Of a DNA stretch of 64,000 bases, positions 1-13,640 are shown in pieces; position 1 is the first letter of the stretch; each line of letters opens with the position of its first letter. Below the pieces are notes generated by a model. The model did not search any database. It was not told where the DNA came from and was given only the letters and a program-made list of their open reading frames with translations. Origin of the DNA: Flaccisagitta enflata. Lineage: Eukaryota. The stretch lies in the NCBI GenBank assembly GCA_965153355.1, contig OZ231126.1, forward strand, positions 36,332,001-36,396,000, written 5' to 3'. A program made the position numbers and the translations under genes.

Positions 1-214
1 AAATCAATTACCGGCTTTATCAATCCGAAGTATCTAATTATCCCGTAGCTATGCAGGATTTTCAGATAGATATATCCTCTGTCTTTGCATAAAAGTAATA
101 TAGATTTAACACGGTAACGTTTGTCATCTAGTTTGGAAGCATTGTTGTCGATTTGAGAAATGAATTTGTAAATGTGTCCAAAATGCAAAAAGACAAGCAA
201 AAAGACTCTCTCTC

Positions 215-320
<106 letters not shown>

Positions 321-535
321 GAAAACACCATTTAGTTTTGATTAAACTTCCATCACGATCACGCATTTTGGAATCCATTGTGGATGATTTTCTTGGAAGA
401 TGCTTTAGAACGGTACAAAACCGGTTATCTTCCCTCTCCAGTCTCCGGAAACCCTCTGACTCAGGTAATATTCCTGGTTTTGCGTGTCGTTGGATAGCGT
501 CAATCTGGTATTTAAAGGTTGTAGGTTTCTTTGGT

Positions 536-633
<98 letters not shown>

Positions 634-884
634 AAGAGAAAAGATGTCCCCGTGTTGGACACTGGTTCGGAGAGAGCCGAAGAAGAGAGAAAGATCCGAT
701 CTGATGACTTGCACAATATTGGGTACAAAAAACGGGGGCGATTGGAAAATATTCCACGCGACAACGACGATGAGGATAGAGAGAGAGAGAGAGAAATGTG
801 TTTCTGGAATCAAAACGAACGTCAACCGAGTACAACGGAAGCGGTCTTCTCCAAAACCCGGTACTGCCCCCCTCAGAAACGATG

Positions 885-892
885 TATAAATA
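885..892 (+). promoter_or_regulatory. Putative TATA box of TNF ligand A
   Basis: TATAAATA about 180 bp upstream of the ATG at 1069, followed by an A-rich leader. Confidence 0.4.
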
Positions 893-1068
893 CGGCAACA
901 AATCGAGGAGAAAGCTCAAATCATATAGCAAACCAAAAGTGAAAATAAGAAGAAAAAAAAGCGGAAAATCTTACGAGCAAAAACAAAAATCAAAATTTCA
1001 AGAGCAAAATATTCAAAATTTCAAGAGCTAACAACTTCGCATCAAGTATCCGCTTCTGAAACCGAATC

Positions 1069-2273
1069 ATGGCATTTACAATCTCCTCGCCAAAACTTTC
1101 ACTCCAAGATAACGTCGAGAAGCAAAAGCCGACGACAGTTGACGACGTCGCGAAATCACACGTCGAGATGGAGAAGGCGTCGACGTCGTCATCGAACTCA
1201 AGCCTCCGTCCGTGGATGCGCGCCCTTTTGTACGCTTTCGGCGCCGCTGCCTTCATTTCACTTTGCGTCATTGTCGTCATTCTCAAAATTCAACAAGACG
1301 GATTGAAGAAAGAATTAGAAGGTAAGCCACGTGAGTGAATTCCAAAATCTGGAAATTCGAAAAATCAGAACACTCACAAAATTAAGGTTATAAAATTTAA
1401 AATTATTCATATTTTTCTCTTCCCACCACCTCCATCCAGTAGCTTTAAGTATGTTCACAATTTGGCTTCACCACGGGAACTTAGAGATGATAGGATGTAA
1501 CTGTAAGTGTAAGCTACATCAAAATGTGTTTCAAATTATTGAACTGAATCTCGACAATTCAATCTATGAACTTTATTCCATTTTTTTTTCTTTTTGAAAT
1601 GTGTTTTACAAAAGATATGACTCGAATCTACAATCTAATGCTGTATCTTAAAAAACAAACAACCTAATAACTATTCGATGTTCCTATCTTCTTCATGTTG
1701 ACAGAATCGCCACAACTTCTTGCTCTACCGAGCTTTCGAGGGAAAAGAGCTTCGCGCGGCGCCGACTCGGAAAATGTGTGCTCCTTCAAAGGTCCGATGC
1801 CCAGCCAGATGAAAAAGCCCACATTGCAGACAGAGATCGTGGACGCGGACGCAAGTTTGGGCGGGCGCAACCTTGTTACGATCAAAGACTGGGTACCTGA
1901 TTTTTGCCCCCCTTCCAAAAATTTCGAAGTGACGGACGCGGGCATAAAGGTATTGAAAGGAGGCGTCTACTTCCTCTACTCCAACTTCGCGTTCAGTGGC
2001 TGGGGCGCGAATGCAGAATGCGCTTACCGATTGAAATACGGCGCGGACAAGTTCAAGATTTGTCGATGGAAGACGGACAGCGCACCGAAGAACACTCCAG
2101 CGCGGAAGACCATCAGCAGGATTCAGCCCTGTTATTTGGGATTCGCCGCTGAATTGAAAAAAGATGATGTTGTGTCCATTGAATTCAACCACAACGAAAA
2201 ATGTCCAACGAACACACAAAACTTTATTAACTATCATTGGCAGAGCATGATTGGAGTTGTAAAGCAGTCGTGA
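1069..2273 (+). CDS. TNF-superfamily ligand A (Eiger/EDA-like type II membrane protein), 2 exons, ~273 aa
   Basis: Exons 1069-1321 (ATG...GAA G|gtaagc) and 1705-2273 (ttgacag|AA TCG...TGA); the phase-1 junction rebuilds GAA in frame. Layout: cytoplasmic N-terminus, TM helix ALLYAFGAAAFISLCVIVVIL, furin-type RGKR, then a C-terminal TNF homology domain with IKVLKGGVYFLYSNFAF (TNF signature-like) and CYLGFAAELKKDDVVSIEF. AATAAA at 2503-2508. Confidence 0.85.
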
Positions 2274-3671
2274 AATCGCAGTTGACTTAAAAGGAAATTC
2301 CAGTAATTCTTTTGTTACTAACGAGAGAGCCAGTCAAAAGATTTTACAAACTGCTGAGTTTCATTTTCTGAGAAAAAAAAATCACCGTGCATTCTTGTTC
2401 ACTTATTCAAGATCATTCATTTAAGGTATTTATCCTGAGTCTCTTCTCTGTTGCATTCTGTCATGTTCATGCGGCATTTATCACTGAAACAATTGCTTAC
2501 TTAATAAACCACAATTGAAAATTATTTTGATTTCATTCCCGCCTTCGATCTTATTTATTTGTCGTTATTCTTGCGCTTGAATTTCATGTGTTTTCATTAT
2601 CGACATTTTCTTGTTGTGTACAGCGTTGTGTACTGTGTGTTGGAGTGGTTATTTTACTTTTTATTATCCACTGTATATAAACCAAATGTCAAGATACTAC
2701 TCTCTATTTTTTTTCCCCCATGTTGTGACAAGCTTGGAAGAGGTAGTTATCAGCATCTGACAGCTAAAATCTAGAGCAAGCTTTTTGAGTATCTGGAATA
2801 AGATATGTATCGTAATGAGATCTTAAATTTCGCACCAAGTCAAGTCCTAAACTTTTTATTTAAATGACGTGGCCAACGAACCCGAGAAGATTGTGATTAT
2901 TGTAAAACGAAGCACCCACCGACTGCCCACCGAACCGTCTGCCCGACTATCCAATCGACCTGGTACTCGTAAAAAATCTCTTAGACTACACTTTCTTATA
3001 AGAGACATCATATTTTGAACTCAGCCTGGGTTCTCTAAATTTTTTTGGCATTTTGAGGCTCAACGTCTCTTAAACTGTTCTTAATTTTTTCGACGTGCAA
3101 AAAAAAGTGTGCAAATACATCATGTAGCAATCTTTAGTAAAAAACTTTCCTTAAAAATTTCCAAGACTGAATCTCAGCCTGGCCATTCTCTTATTTTGTT
3201 CTTAAAATTTTGGCGAATCTCAGGCTCATGTCTCTTTTGAGAAAGACGCTTGTTAAAAAATTGCAGTGTACCGCAAAGTTCCGCATGATCGAAATAGAAA
3301 ATGGTTAATTGGTGGTAATGCTGGTGCAACTGCAAAAGAAAAAAAAATACTGCAATAAAACTCTGAACATTTTGTCCATAATGCATATTGGTCTTCACCA
3401 TTTTGACGTGCAAACTACGGCTGAGCGATCAATTACATTTTTTATTCAATCTGCATGTTATGATTAGTTGAAGCACGCGAAAAAAAGACGCATTTTTAGT
3501 CGCTTTGTCCGTCGGTCGGTCGGTCGGTTGGTTACACTATACTTTTTTTATTCTTTTTATTTTTAAAAGTCATTTTAAGTCGTTATTGTCATTTTAGTCA
3601 ATAGAGTCTTTAATATTTTAATTCATTCTTAGTCATTCTAAGTCATTCTAGGTCATTTTAAGTCATTCTTT

Positions 3672-4459
3672 GAAAGTTAGACAACATTACTACTCAACCC
3701 TACTTTACCTAAGGATGAGAGCCTTTGGAGCTCTCACTGGTGTTTAATCCGGACCCATCACAACTATCCCTAATAATGAAAAACAACCAAGTCTATCTTA
3801 ACATTATCATTAAATCGTTCAAAAAAACAATTCAACCAAACAGAAAAAATCAATAATTTTAACCTGTTTGCTACACGTGCCAATGACAAGAAAGAGCGCC
3901 AGATGAGTGTGCTGAACCGGCGGGGCCTAATCCAAAGTCCCTCACATCCATCTGATCTTCCCACTGTAAAGGGCTCATGCAACCCACAACTTAAAATCAA
4001 AATCTTCTCCACTGACTGAGACAATTTTCTCAAACATTCCATGTCAACCCAAAATAAGAAGACGCAAAGTAGTCAGCATATCCCTATTGCTTATAGTGGA
4101 CAGATTACCAAATGATGATGATGATGATGATGATGATCCAACGATAATCTAGATATCAAAGGCAATGTTGTTAAAAACCATACCATTAGAGGCAAGAATC
4201 AAGAATCAACCATATGGGATCGCCGGCATTCTATACCATGGTACTGAAATATATGAAAGTTGGACAACATTACTACTCAACCCTACTTTACCTAAGGATG
4301 AGAGCCTTTGGAGCTCTCACTGGTGTTTAATCCGGACCCATCACAACTATCCTTAATAATGAAAAACAACCAAGTCTATCTTAACATTATCATGAAATCG
4401 TTCAAAAAAACAATTCAACCAAACAGAAAAAATCAATAATTTTAACCTGTTTGCTACAT
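3672..4459. mobile_element. Direct-repeat (pseudo-LTR-like) element; second copy in Akt intron 4 (~49647-51282)
   Basis: ~200-bp direct repeats at 3672-3875 and 4255-4459 contain the hairpin TGAGAGC-ctttgga-GCTCTCA. The same repeat-internal-repeat order occurs at 49647-51282, and a fragment lies at ~43112-43165. Confidence 0.55.
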
Positions 4460-5017
4460 ACCGTCATTCTTAGTCATTCTAAGGCGACTAGAAAGATACA
4501 ATTAGGAGTCAGGTCAATTCATTTATTTTAGTCTCGCACGCGACCTATAGGTGTTGGCCTTGTTAAATTGCCAATTTGGTTATTTACTCATTGATTCTAA
4601 ATAAAATGGAGGATAAAACTAAAAGATTGGAGAGCCCATTGGAAAGCCCATTTCTATAGTTTTCAGGATCAAAAAGAATAAGTTCTTAATCATGAGGCGT
4701 TCAGGTATAGTTAAAAAAAAGTTTCAAAGTAATAAATAATCGTTTTCAAAATTTCATAAGAGAAGAACTCTTAAAAACTAGCGTTTCACATTGCTGAGCT
4801 GTAACTAAAACCGATTGAGATGTACAGACTGGGGATTGGTCTAGAATGAAAGATCTTTGGAAAATCTACAAAATTGCTGTAACGGAAAAGTGCTGGTGAA
4901 AAAGATCAGTAATAATTCTATCAATCAAAAAAACTCCAAAGTCATTTATACTGAAAAAAAAATTTTGAACATTTTATTTGTTGTCTTTTTTGTCAATAAA
5001 TAAAGAGGTGCGTTGTT

Positions 5018-5798
5018 TTTAGATGCGTCCTCGCATCTCTAATAGAGGGTGTGTCCTTAGGTAATGAGAAAAATTCAGAACGCAATTTCTGAGGTTTTCT
5101 CTTTTCTCTTCAATTCTCTTCATTTCTCTTCATGTCTCTTCATTTCTCTTAATTTCTCTTTGTCTCATCTTTTTAGTTGCGGACACGCAACTCTATAAGA
5201 GGCTTTGTCCATCCGTCCGTCCGTCCGTCCGTCGGTCCGTCCGTCCGTCCGTTGGTCCCTAACCATCGAGTCAAAAAGTGGGAAAACGCGCATTTCCGCC
5301 CCTGCCCACCCGTCCGCAATTGATGGCCGTGTATCCGGCCTTGTTTCTTTCTGTCTCCATGTATCTCATCATGTGCCTCTTAATGTAACTCTTCCTGTGT
5401 CTCTTCATATGTCTATTCATATTTCTCTTCTTGTGTCTCTTTATGTGTCTGTTCATGTGTCTCTTAATTTCTCTCTTCATGTCTGGGGTATATCTTGATG
5501 TCTTGAATCTTGATATCTTTATCTTAGTGAATATTAACATCTTACATCTAAAGAGGACGCAACTATTGGACATCTGTTGGCCTTTTTAGTCGCGTGCTAC
5601 GCGACTCTACACCCTGCTTTGTCGGTCGGTCTGGTGGTCGGTCGGTTGGTTGGTCAGTCGGTCGGTCCCCTTTATACTTTTTCGGCGTTTTTGAGCTTTT
5701 TGAGCCTACTGCTCCTTTCCCAAATGCTGTGGTAACCTACCCCAGCACTTCTCCTGCCCACCCGCACGCGACTGGGGTAGCCGTGTATCCGGCCTTGT
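5018..5798 (+). mobile_element. Stack of three nested/adjacent HINE-like elements (5018-5582, 5172-5345, 5585-5798)
   Basis: Repeated TTTTAG(T/A)...hairpin (GTCGCGT..ACGCGAC)...(GTCC/GTCG)n...CCCTGCCCACCCG...GCCGTGTATCCGGCCTTGTT architecture, with insertion at T runs. Confidence 0.7.
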
Positions 5799-6457
5799 TT
5801 TTATTCGCATGGCAATGATCTAAATCTGGTTTGAATCACTTATTCTCAGGGATCAGATTCGTAATATTTTCTTTGTCACTGATCAGGGTACCTCGAAACT
5901 TACTCATCACCCAAAAGAATGCTACAGCAAAAGATGATTATGTCGAGCCCTATTCATACACACATTTATGGCATTGGATAGAACATTGAATGTGATGACT
6001 AAGGATAATTCAATTAGCCGCGGCGTGTTTTTCGTAATGACGCATAAACTATACGTACTCTTCAGAGAATGCCATTGTGACTTAAAGTATGAAAAATAGG
6101 AAAGAAAAAAAAAAGAAAGAAAGAAAGAGAGAAATAAAGAGCGAAAGAGAGACAGATAGACAGACAGATTTGGAATTGAAGAAGGCAGAGACAGAGGGTA
6201 ATAAGTAATAACGGGCTTAAGGGACAAAAGCGGTGCTCAGCGACCATATAAACCCCTCGCTCTCCACTTACCATTTGCTGATTGCTTGATAACAGAATTC
6301 TATTCAAACCCGAGACGCAACACGAGTCTTGTTGTGTTACACGACAACATGAGATAAACAAATGACGCATCAAAAAGTGATTTTTTCAAACAAGAACAAA
6401 AGACACATTTTGTCGATGGAGTTGTTTGTTTTTTTTGTTTTGTTTTTTTTTTGGGGG

Positions 6458-9400
6458 GATAAGGTTTCTCTTCTTCCGGTCTTGAGTTTCTTTTTGGCTC
6501 ATTCACTGATCACTTTCTTCTCCTCCATTATTTTTATGTCCGCCCCGTGATTGGTTTGTATCAAATCAAACGTCCCTACGCCCCCGCCTGTGCGTGATCA
6601 TACGGTTATACGATTTTTTTCTGCTCCACTGTTTATCGGCAAACAAGGCCAAGAGATGTCCAATAGATGCGTCCTCTTTAGATGTAAGATATTTTCATAC
6701 AAATTTTCAAGATATAAAGATATTAAGATATAATGATATGAAAATATAAAGATACAGAGATAAAGACAAAAATATTAACTGATTCCTCCCTTCCCCTCCT
6801 CATTCGACTCCCCGCCCCATCACCCTCTCACCTCCCCGCCTAACCCCATCCCATCCCACCCCTTCACCCTCCCCCGCCTATCCTCACAAAGAGACATGAA
6901 GGGACTTGGAGAGACATAAAGAGACATGAGGAGACATAAGACACATAAAGAGACATGAAGAGACATGAGAGACATAAGAGACCTAAGAGACATATGAGAC
7001 ATAAGAGATGTAAGAGATATAAGAGGCATAAGAGATATATGAGACATAAGAGACACACAGGAGACATATGAGACATAAAGGAGACATATAGGAGACAAAA
7101 GAGACAAAAGAGACAAAAGAGACAAAAGAGACAAAGAGACATGAGAGACTTAAGATACCTAAGATACATAAGAGAAATAAGAGACATAAGAGATATAAGA
7201 GACATATAGGAGACATAAGAGACATAAGAGACATATAGGAGACAAAAGAGACAAAAGAGACAAAAGAGACCAAAGAGACAAAAGAGATGAAAGAGACATA
7301 AGAAATATAAGAGACATGAAGAGACAGGAAGAGAAATGAAGAGAAAACCTTGAAAATCGCGTTTTGAAATTTTCGCGTGACACTCAGACAGACATTCAGA
7401 CAGACAGACCTACCAAGGGACAGACCCTCTTATAGAGATGCGAGGACGCATCTAAAAAGTCCATTTGCTGAGTCAACTGCCAATTTTGGACTTCAAGGGA
7501 CTCACCGGCAATTTGAGTTTAATTGACACAGGGGCCGACAGAGAAAATTCGGGCCTCTATACATTTTACACATCATACAATAAAAAAACTCCCCCCCCTC
7601 CCCCTTCGTCACAACGGATGGCGCAAACCAAAGCATTCAGTTTTTGTATAGAATGCTTATCAATTTTCGTTAATTCAATCAAAGGAAGAACTCCCTACAA
7701 ATGATGAACAATGTACTTTGATCTATAGCGAAAATACAAAAAAAATGTAGCAAGCAAATAAAAAGAAATAAAGTAAATGAATTAAGTAGGAAATAGGACC
7801 CCAAACTTTTTTCTAACCTTTTTTCTTTTTTATCTTTTTTTTTTTTTTTTTTTTTTTTTTTTCTTTTTTTCTTCCTTTTCCCTATTCTATCCTCTTCTTC
7901 TCTATAACAATTGAAGAGCCCCAGAGGCCCCCTGAGGCCCGGGCCCCTATTTTGTATAGGTTTTTTAGGCTCTGTCGGCCCCTGTTTGACACACGCACAC
8001 GCTCACGCTTTTTGGGCAGCGGCCCCGAAAGGGGTGATGACCTATGGTTTCACACGTATGGAGAATTTTCTTCTTCTCCTCCCTCCCTCTTCTCCGCCTC
8101 CGTCCCTCCCTCTCTAACTCAAATCTAGCCAAGAGACCCAAATCCTAGCTCAATTTCAAACCTTAGTCTTGAGACCCAAATCCCAGCTGCAAGGTGATAA
8201 GCTCAGCCTTGAGGCCTAAATGTCAATCACTGGAAGGAGATTCCTCACAATGAGTCATATGTGCAAAAGTATGGGTCATCGACTGCCTTCCTCCCTTCCA
8301 TCACAACCTACTTAGGCTGACCATCTAACGCTATTGCGACTTTTGGTCCTACACCCTCACCCGTGCGTGATTATGCGATTATACGATTTTTAATCGCGTG
8401 CACGCGACTCTACAACCTGCTTTGTCCGTCGGTTGGTCGGTCGATTGGTCAGTCACACTTTATTTTTTTATGATTTTATTTTTTTTTACCTCACTGCTCC
8501 TGCCCAAATGGTCTGGTGACCTCAAATATGGCCCCTGCCCACCCGCACGCGACTTCGGTAGCCGTGTATTTGGCCTTGTTTTCTGCTCCACCGTTTATTA
8601 AGAAAAAAGTCAGTCTTCGACTTTTTGACATATTCCAGAGAAACATGGTCTTTATTTTCTTATGAAGAAGTTCAGGCTCCTGACCGCCTGATTGGGCCCT
8701 CAAACAAAACTGATAGGTTAAGTTAGGTAAAGAAGTATGAGTTACTTCCTGACGTTTCTGAACATGGAATTTTTTCTCATCTACGAAACGTAAATTTGCG
8801 AAAAAAACTAGGGGGACTATAAATCATCAGCTTATGTCGTTTTCAAGTTATGTTGTAATTCATTATCAAAACTGAGGAAAAAATATGGTCAAACAATTGT
8901 ACGCTTATTTTCTAAAACTTGTCCTCACTCATCTTTCTCAGAGTCAAAGTTCCACTTCACATGTATCATTGCGCGTCATCAATCTTTGAAAAGCACGGCA
9001 AATCATAATAAAAATATTTCTTGGTGATAGTCTGATAGAAGAACGCTCCTCAATTCATGTCTGGCTACACGCAGCGGCAAGAGAAAAGCGATCTGGCGCG
9101 GAAAAAATCATTCCGCCCCTAATTTTATACACATGCGCAACATACCATAACAGAGTGAGACACGCAGATAGATAAGGTTTCTCTTCCGGTCTTGAGTTTC
9201 TTTTTGGCTCATTCACTGATCACTTTCTTCTCTTCCATTATTTTTATGTCCGCCCCGTGATTGGTTTGTATCAAATAAAACGTCCCTACGCCCCCGCCTG
9301 TGCTTGATCATACGGTTATACAATTTTTTTCTGCTCCACCGTTTATCGGGAAAAAAGTCCATTTGCTGAGTCAACTGCCAATTTTGGACTTCAAGGGACT

Positions 9401-11068
9401 CACCGGCAATTTGAATTTAATTGACACAGGGGCCGACAGAGAAAATTCGGGCCTCTATACATTTTACACATCATACAATAAAAAAACTCCCCCCCCCTCC
9501 CCTTCGTCACAACGGATGGCGCAAACCAAAGCATTCAGTTTTTGTATAGAATGCTTATCAATTTTCGTTAATTCAATCAAAGGAAGAAATCCCTACAAAT
9601 GATGAACAATGTACTTTGATCTATAGCGAAAATACAAAAAAAATGTAGCAAGCAAATAAAAAGAAATAAAGTAAATGAATTAAGTAGGAAATAGGACCCC
9701 AAACTTTTTTCTAACCTTTTTTCTTTTTTATCTTTTTTTTTTCTTTTTTTTTTTTTTTTTTTTTCTTTTTTTCTCCCTTTTCCCTATTCTTTCCTCTTCT
9801 TCTCTATAACAATTGAAGAGCCCCAGAGGCCCCCTGAGGCCCGGGCCCCTATTTTGTATAGGTTTTTTAGGCTCTGTCGGCCCCTGTTTGACACACGCAC
9901 ACGCTCACGCTTTTTGGGCAGCGGCCCCGAAAGGGGTGATGACCTATGGTTTCACACGTATGGAGAATTTTCTTCTTCTCCTTCTCCCTCTTCTCCGCCT
10001 CCGTCCCTCCCTCTCTACCTCAAATCTAGCCAAGAGACCCAAATCCTAGCTCAATTTCAAATCTTAGTCTTGAGACCCAAATCCCAGCTGCAAGGTGATA
10101 AGCTCAGCCTTGAGGCCTAAATGTCAATCACTGGAAGGAGATTCCTCACAATGAGTCATATGTGCAAAAGTATGGGTCATCGACTGCCTTCCTCCCTTCC
10201 ATCACAACCTACTTAGGCTGACCATCTAACGCTATTGCGACTATTGGTCCTACACCCTCACCCGTGCGTGATTATGCCATTATACAATTTTTAATCGCGT
10301 GCACGCGACTCTACAACCTGCTTTGTCCGTCGGTTGGTCGGTTGATTGGTCAGTCACACTTTATTTTTTATGATTTTATTTTTTTTTACCTCACTGCTCC
10401 TGCCCAAATGGTCTGGTGACCTCAAATATGGCCCCTGCCCACCCGCACGCGACTTCGGTAGCCGTGTATTTGGCCTTGTTTTCTGCTCCACCGTTTATTA
10501 GGAAAAAAGTCAGTCTTCGACTTTTTGACATATTCCAGAGAAACATGGTCTTTATTTTCTTATGAAGAAGTTCAGGCTCCTGACCGCCTGATTGGGCCCT
10601 CAAACAAAACTGATAGGTTAAGTTAGGTAAAGAAGTATGAGTTACTTCCTGACGTTTCTGAACATGGAATTTTTTCTCATCTACGAAACGTAAATTTGCG
10701 AAAAAAACTAGGGGGACTATAAATCATCAGCTTATGTCGTTTTCAAGTTATGTTGTAATTCATTATCAAAACTGAGGAAAAAATATGGTCAAACAATTGT
10801 ACGCTTATTTTCTAAAACTTGTCCTCACTCATCTTTCTCAGGGTCAAAGTTCCACTTCACATGTATCATTGCGCGTCATCAATCTTTGAAAAGCACGGCA
10901 AATCATAACAAAAATATTTCTTGGTGATAGTCTGATAGAAGAACGCTCCTCAATTCATGTCTGGCTACACGCAGCGGCAAGAGAAATGCGATCTGGCGCG
11001 GAAAAAATCATTCCGCCCCTAATTCTATACACATGCGCAACGTACCATAACAGAGTGAGACACGCAGA
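6458..11068. repeat. Tandem duplication, ~1.9-kb unit (6458-9170 and 9171-11068)
   Basis: Both copies start gataaggtttctcttc and end cagagtgagacacgcaga; near-identical with scattered substitutions. Copy 1 has an extra ~0.8-kb insertion. Confidence 0.95.
6641..7457 (-). mobile_element. HINE/Helentron-like non-autonomous element with internal 9-bp (AGAGACATA-type) minisatellite
   Basis: Present in duplicate copy 1 and absent in copy 2; inserted in an A/T run with no evident TSD. Ends AACAAGGCC...TAAAAA; subterminal inverted repeat TAGATGCGTCCTC/GAGGACGCATCTA; (CAGA)n core. Confidence 0.75.
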
Positions 11069-13264
11069 GTGACGCAGAAAATGCTTCTTAGAAGACCGCG
11101 CTACATTGGGTATTCATCCTCATGGTGAAGTAGATCGAGAAAGAAAAGTGAAATAACTTCTAGATCTGAAGAGAGAAATGAACATAAACATGAACATAAA
11201 TTGTTTTGACCATGGTATAGACGAAATACTTTTGCTTAAAAAAGCTATTGATTGACTGCTCTGTCGTTGACCTTTCAGTCCCTGGATTGTAACTCTGAAC
11301 AATCAAGTGTTTCTCCTTGAAGTAAACATATTTATATTTGTCTATCTCATTCAACACAATCAAATTGACGCTAAGTTTTCGTAAAGAGGGCCGCGAGCAA
11401 GCTCGTTTCTGTGTCAATTGAGACCAAGAGCGTCGAGATTGGTTGCAAATAAAGCCTGTAAGCACTTTCAACACTTCAGGGGGCGAGTTCCCTTTAAAAG
11501 TAGTTCCGTTCAATGTCGTATTAATTAAAATGAGAAGTTCACTACCTAGTTAAGTAAATTTGATAATTTTCTTTCATATGGCGCCAAGCAACTAGCTCCT
11601 TGACAAATATTTTTTAGTTATGAATCTTGAAAGATTTTTTTTACGAAAAATTCTAATCAAATTTTTCTCAATTTTTTTTTATGGTTTTGTCTAGGATCAA
11701 TAAAGGAGTGTATTTATGTTTGTTTAGGCATGCAAATGTAAGAAAACATGTTTATGAGCATAGCTGCTCATCTGTGAGGTTGTTTTTGAGCATTATGGCT
11801 GATTTACCTCATTTAGCTCTTCTTTTTTTTTCAAATACGATAAATGAATAGATATTTTGATATATGTTTGAGCAAGCAAATATGAGAAAGCATGTCGCTT
11901 AGCAAAGTGTTTTAGCTACTCTAGCTGATTTAGCTCATTTAGCTCAGTTTTCTTTTTTTTTATTCTAAATGGGATAAATCAATAAATGTTTTGATGTGAG
12001 CATGCAAATACGGGAAAGCATGTTAGTGACCATACCTGGTTGTCCGGTTGAGTGATTTGGGGTATTTTAGCTCATCTTGCTCATTTGGCTCAGTCGTATC
12101 TATCTCCGATTTTAAGTGCAATCAATATATACAAGTGCTCTTGATTCATTCTATAAAATAAAAAAAAATTGCAGTGACTGAAGATAAAAGATTGGCGAAA
12201 AGTGACCAATGCTTACGACTTTTTTCCCTACGGCGGTTGTCGCCATTACTGGTAACGAACATCATCTCTGTAGAAGAGATAGGCCAAGTAACCATTGCGT
12301 AAACGAGGTAGTTACAAAGTTATTTAACAATGCAATGCACGAAGGCATGATAAGAATTGCAGTCGTTTGCCCGGGGGCAGTGGGAGGTAGAAATCCCCTA
12401 TGTTTTTTCTCGACTGTTAAAGAAGAAAAAGAAGAAGAAGAAGAAGAAGAAGAAGAAGAAGAAGAAGAAGAAGAAGAAGAAGAAGAAGAAGAAGAAGAAG
12501 AAGAAGATTAAGTGGCGTGGGGCGACAATATCGTTGCGGACGGGTGGGCAGGGGCGTCCAAACCCCAACCACACCCAACGCCCTCCCCCACACATAGGAA
12601 ATTGGACCCCGTGTTGGGTATTAGGGGTCTGAATTATGTGGCCCTTGAAGCATGAGGAGTCCCGAACATTTGAAATTTGGACTACTACCCGAATTAAAAA
12701 GAACGCAAGTTTTTCATAGGATTGTTCAGATTGGACTATATTTCACTACTGAACGGCATTTTGATGGCTTCTGTCCATCAAATTTGAGAGTTTTAGTCAA
12801 TAGAATTCAGTAACTGATGAGAAAAAGCCGCGCGAAAGCATGAGGTATTTTGGAGAAAAAAATTTATGGTATTGGGAAATATCCATGTTGATTTGGGGGG
12901 TTTTATCACACTTACCCGCTACAAGTGATTCATTTTTCATGGCAGACATTGGGTAGCTTTCATATGAGCACCATGATTATTGACGAAATGAGTATAAATG
13001 CTTATTGGTTACAAAAATGACAACCATAGAGAAATAATTTCCAATTAGAAATGGCGTCTTTCTCCTCCAACTGCGAAATGAAATTTTGACTTGCACACCT
13101 TCATTTGAATGTAACTTCTAAACGAATAAAGCTACAAATGTGGGATTGCGCTCAAAAGAAAGTCCTTGAAAAAAGCTTCAATTTGGTCACCAATAAATTG
13201 TTTCTGAATTTAGCCAAAGGCGCGTAAATTGGCATAGAAAAAACTTGCGTTTTTTTTAATTCTG

Positions 13265-13640
13265 GTAGTACATGCTAGCTCGGATCTTAAAAACTCAACA
13301 TTGTCAGAGCCTTTATGTTCGGGAGATGAGAGCACTATTTCATGATACAAAGCACCAAAAAAAAAAATTGGAAGTCCTCAGATGTCAGGAAATTGGCGCC
13401 GCCACCCCCCTCATATTCCATAGAAAATATACAAGAAGGATTTTAACTTTTAATGTTCCCTATACTTTACTATGGAAAAGAGGGGGTATGGCGGCGCCAA
13501 TTTCCTGACTTCTGATGACCTCCAGATTTTTTTTGGTGCTTTATGTTGTTCCACCTATCATACCATGAAATGGTGCGCGCATCTCCTGAACTTAAAGGCT
13601 CCGATGATGTTTGGTCTTAAGGCTCCAGGCTACTATATGC
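13265..13640. mobile_element. Foldback/MITE-like inverted repeat
   Basis: GTCAGGAAATTGGCGCCGCCA...TGGCGGCGCCAATTTCCTGAC core with long imperfect arms. Confidence 0.6.

Noticed and set aside
3714-3762. SECIS-like GTGA-12nt-AAA on the minus strand of the direct-repeat core
   Set aside because: No convincing 3' strand for helix II, no GA quartet partner, and no selenoprotein ORF nearby.
12209-12511. 100-aa ORF ending in poly-Glu
   Set aside because: Its start matches a dispersed repeat also at ~39390, and the tail is a (GAA)n microsatellite.
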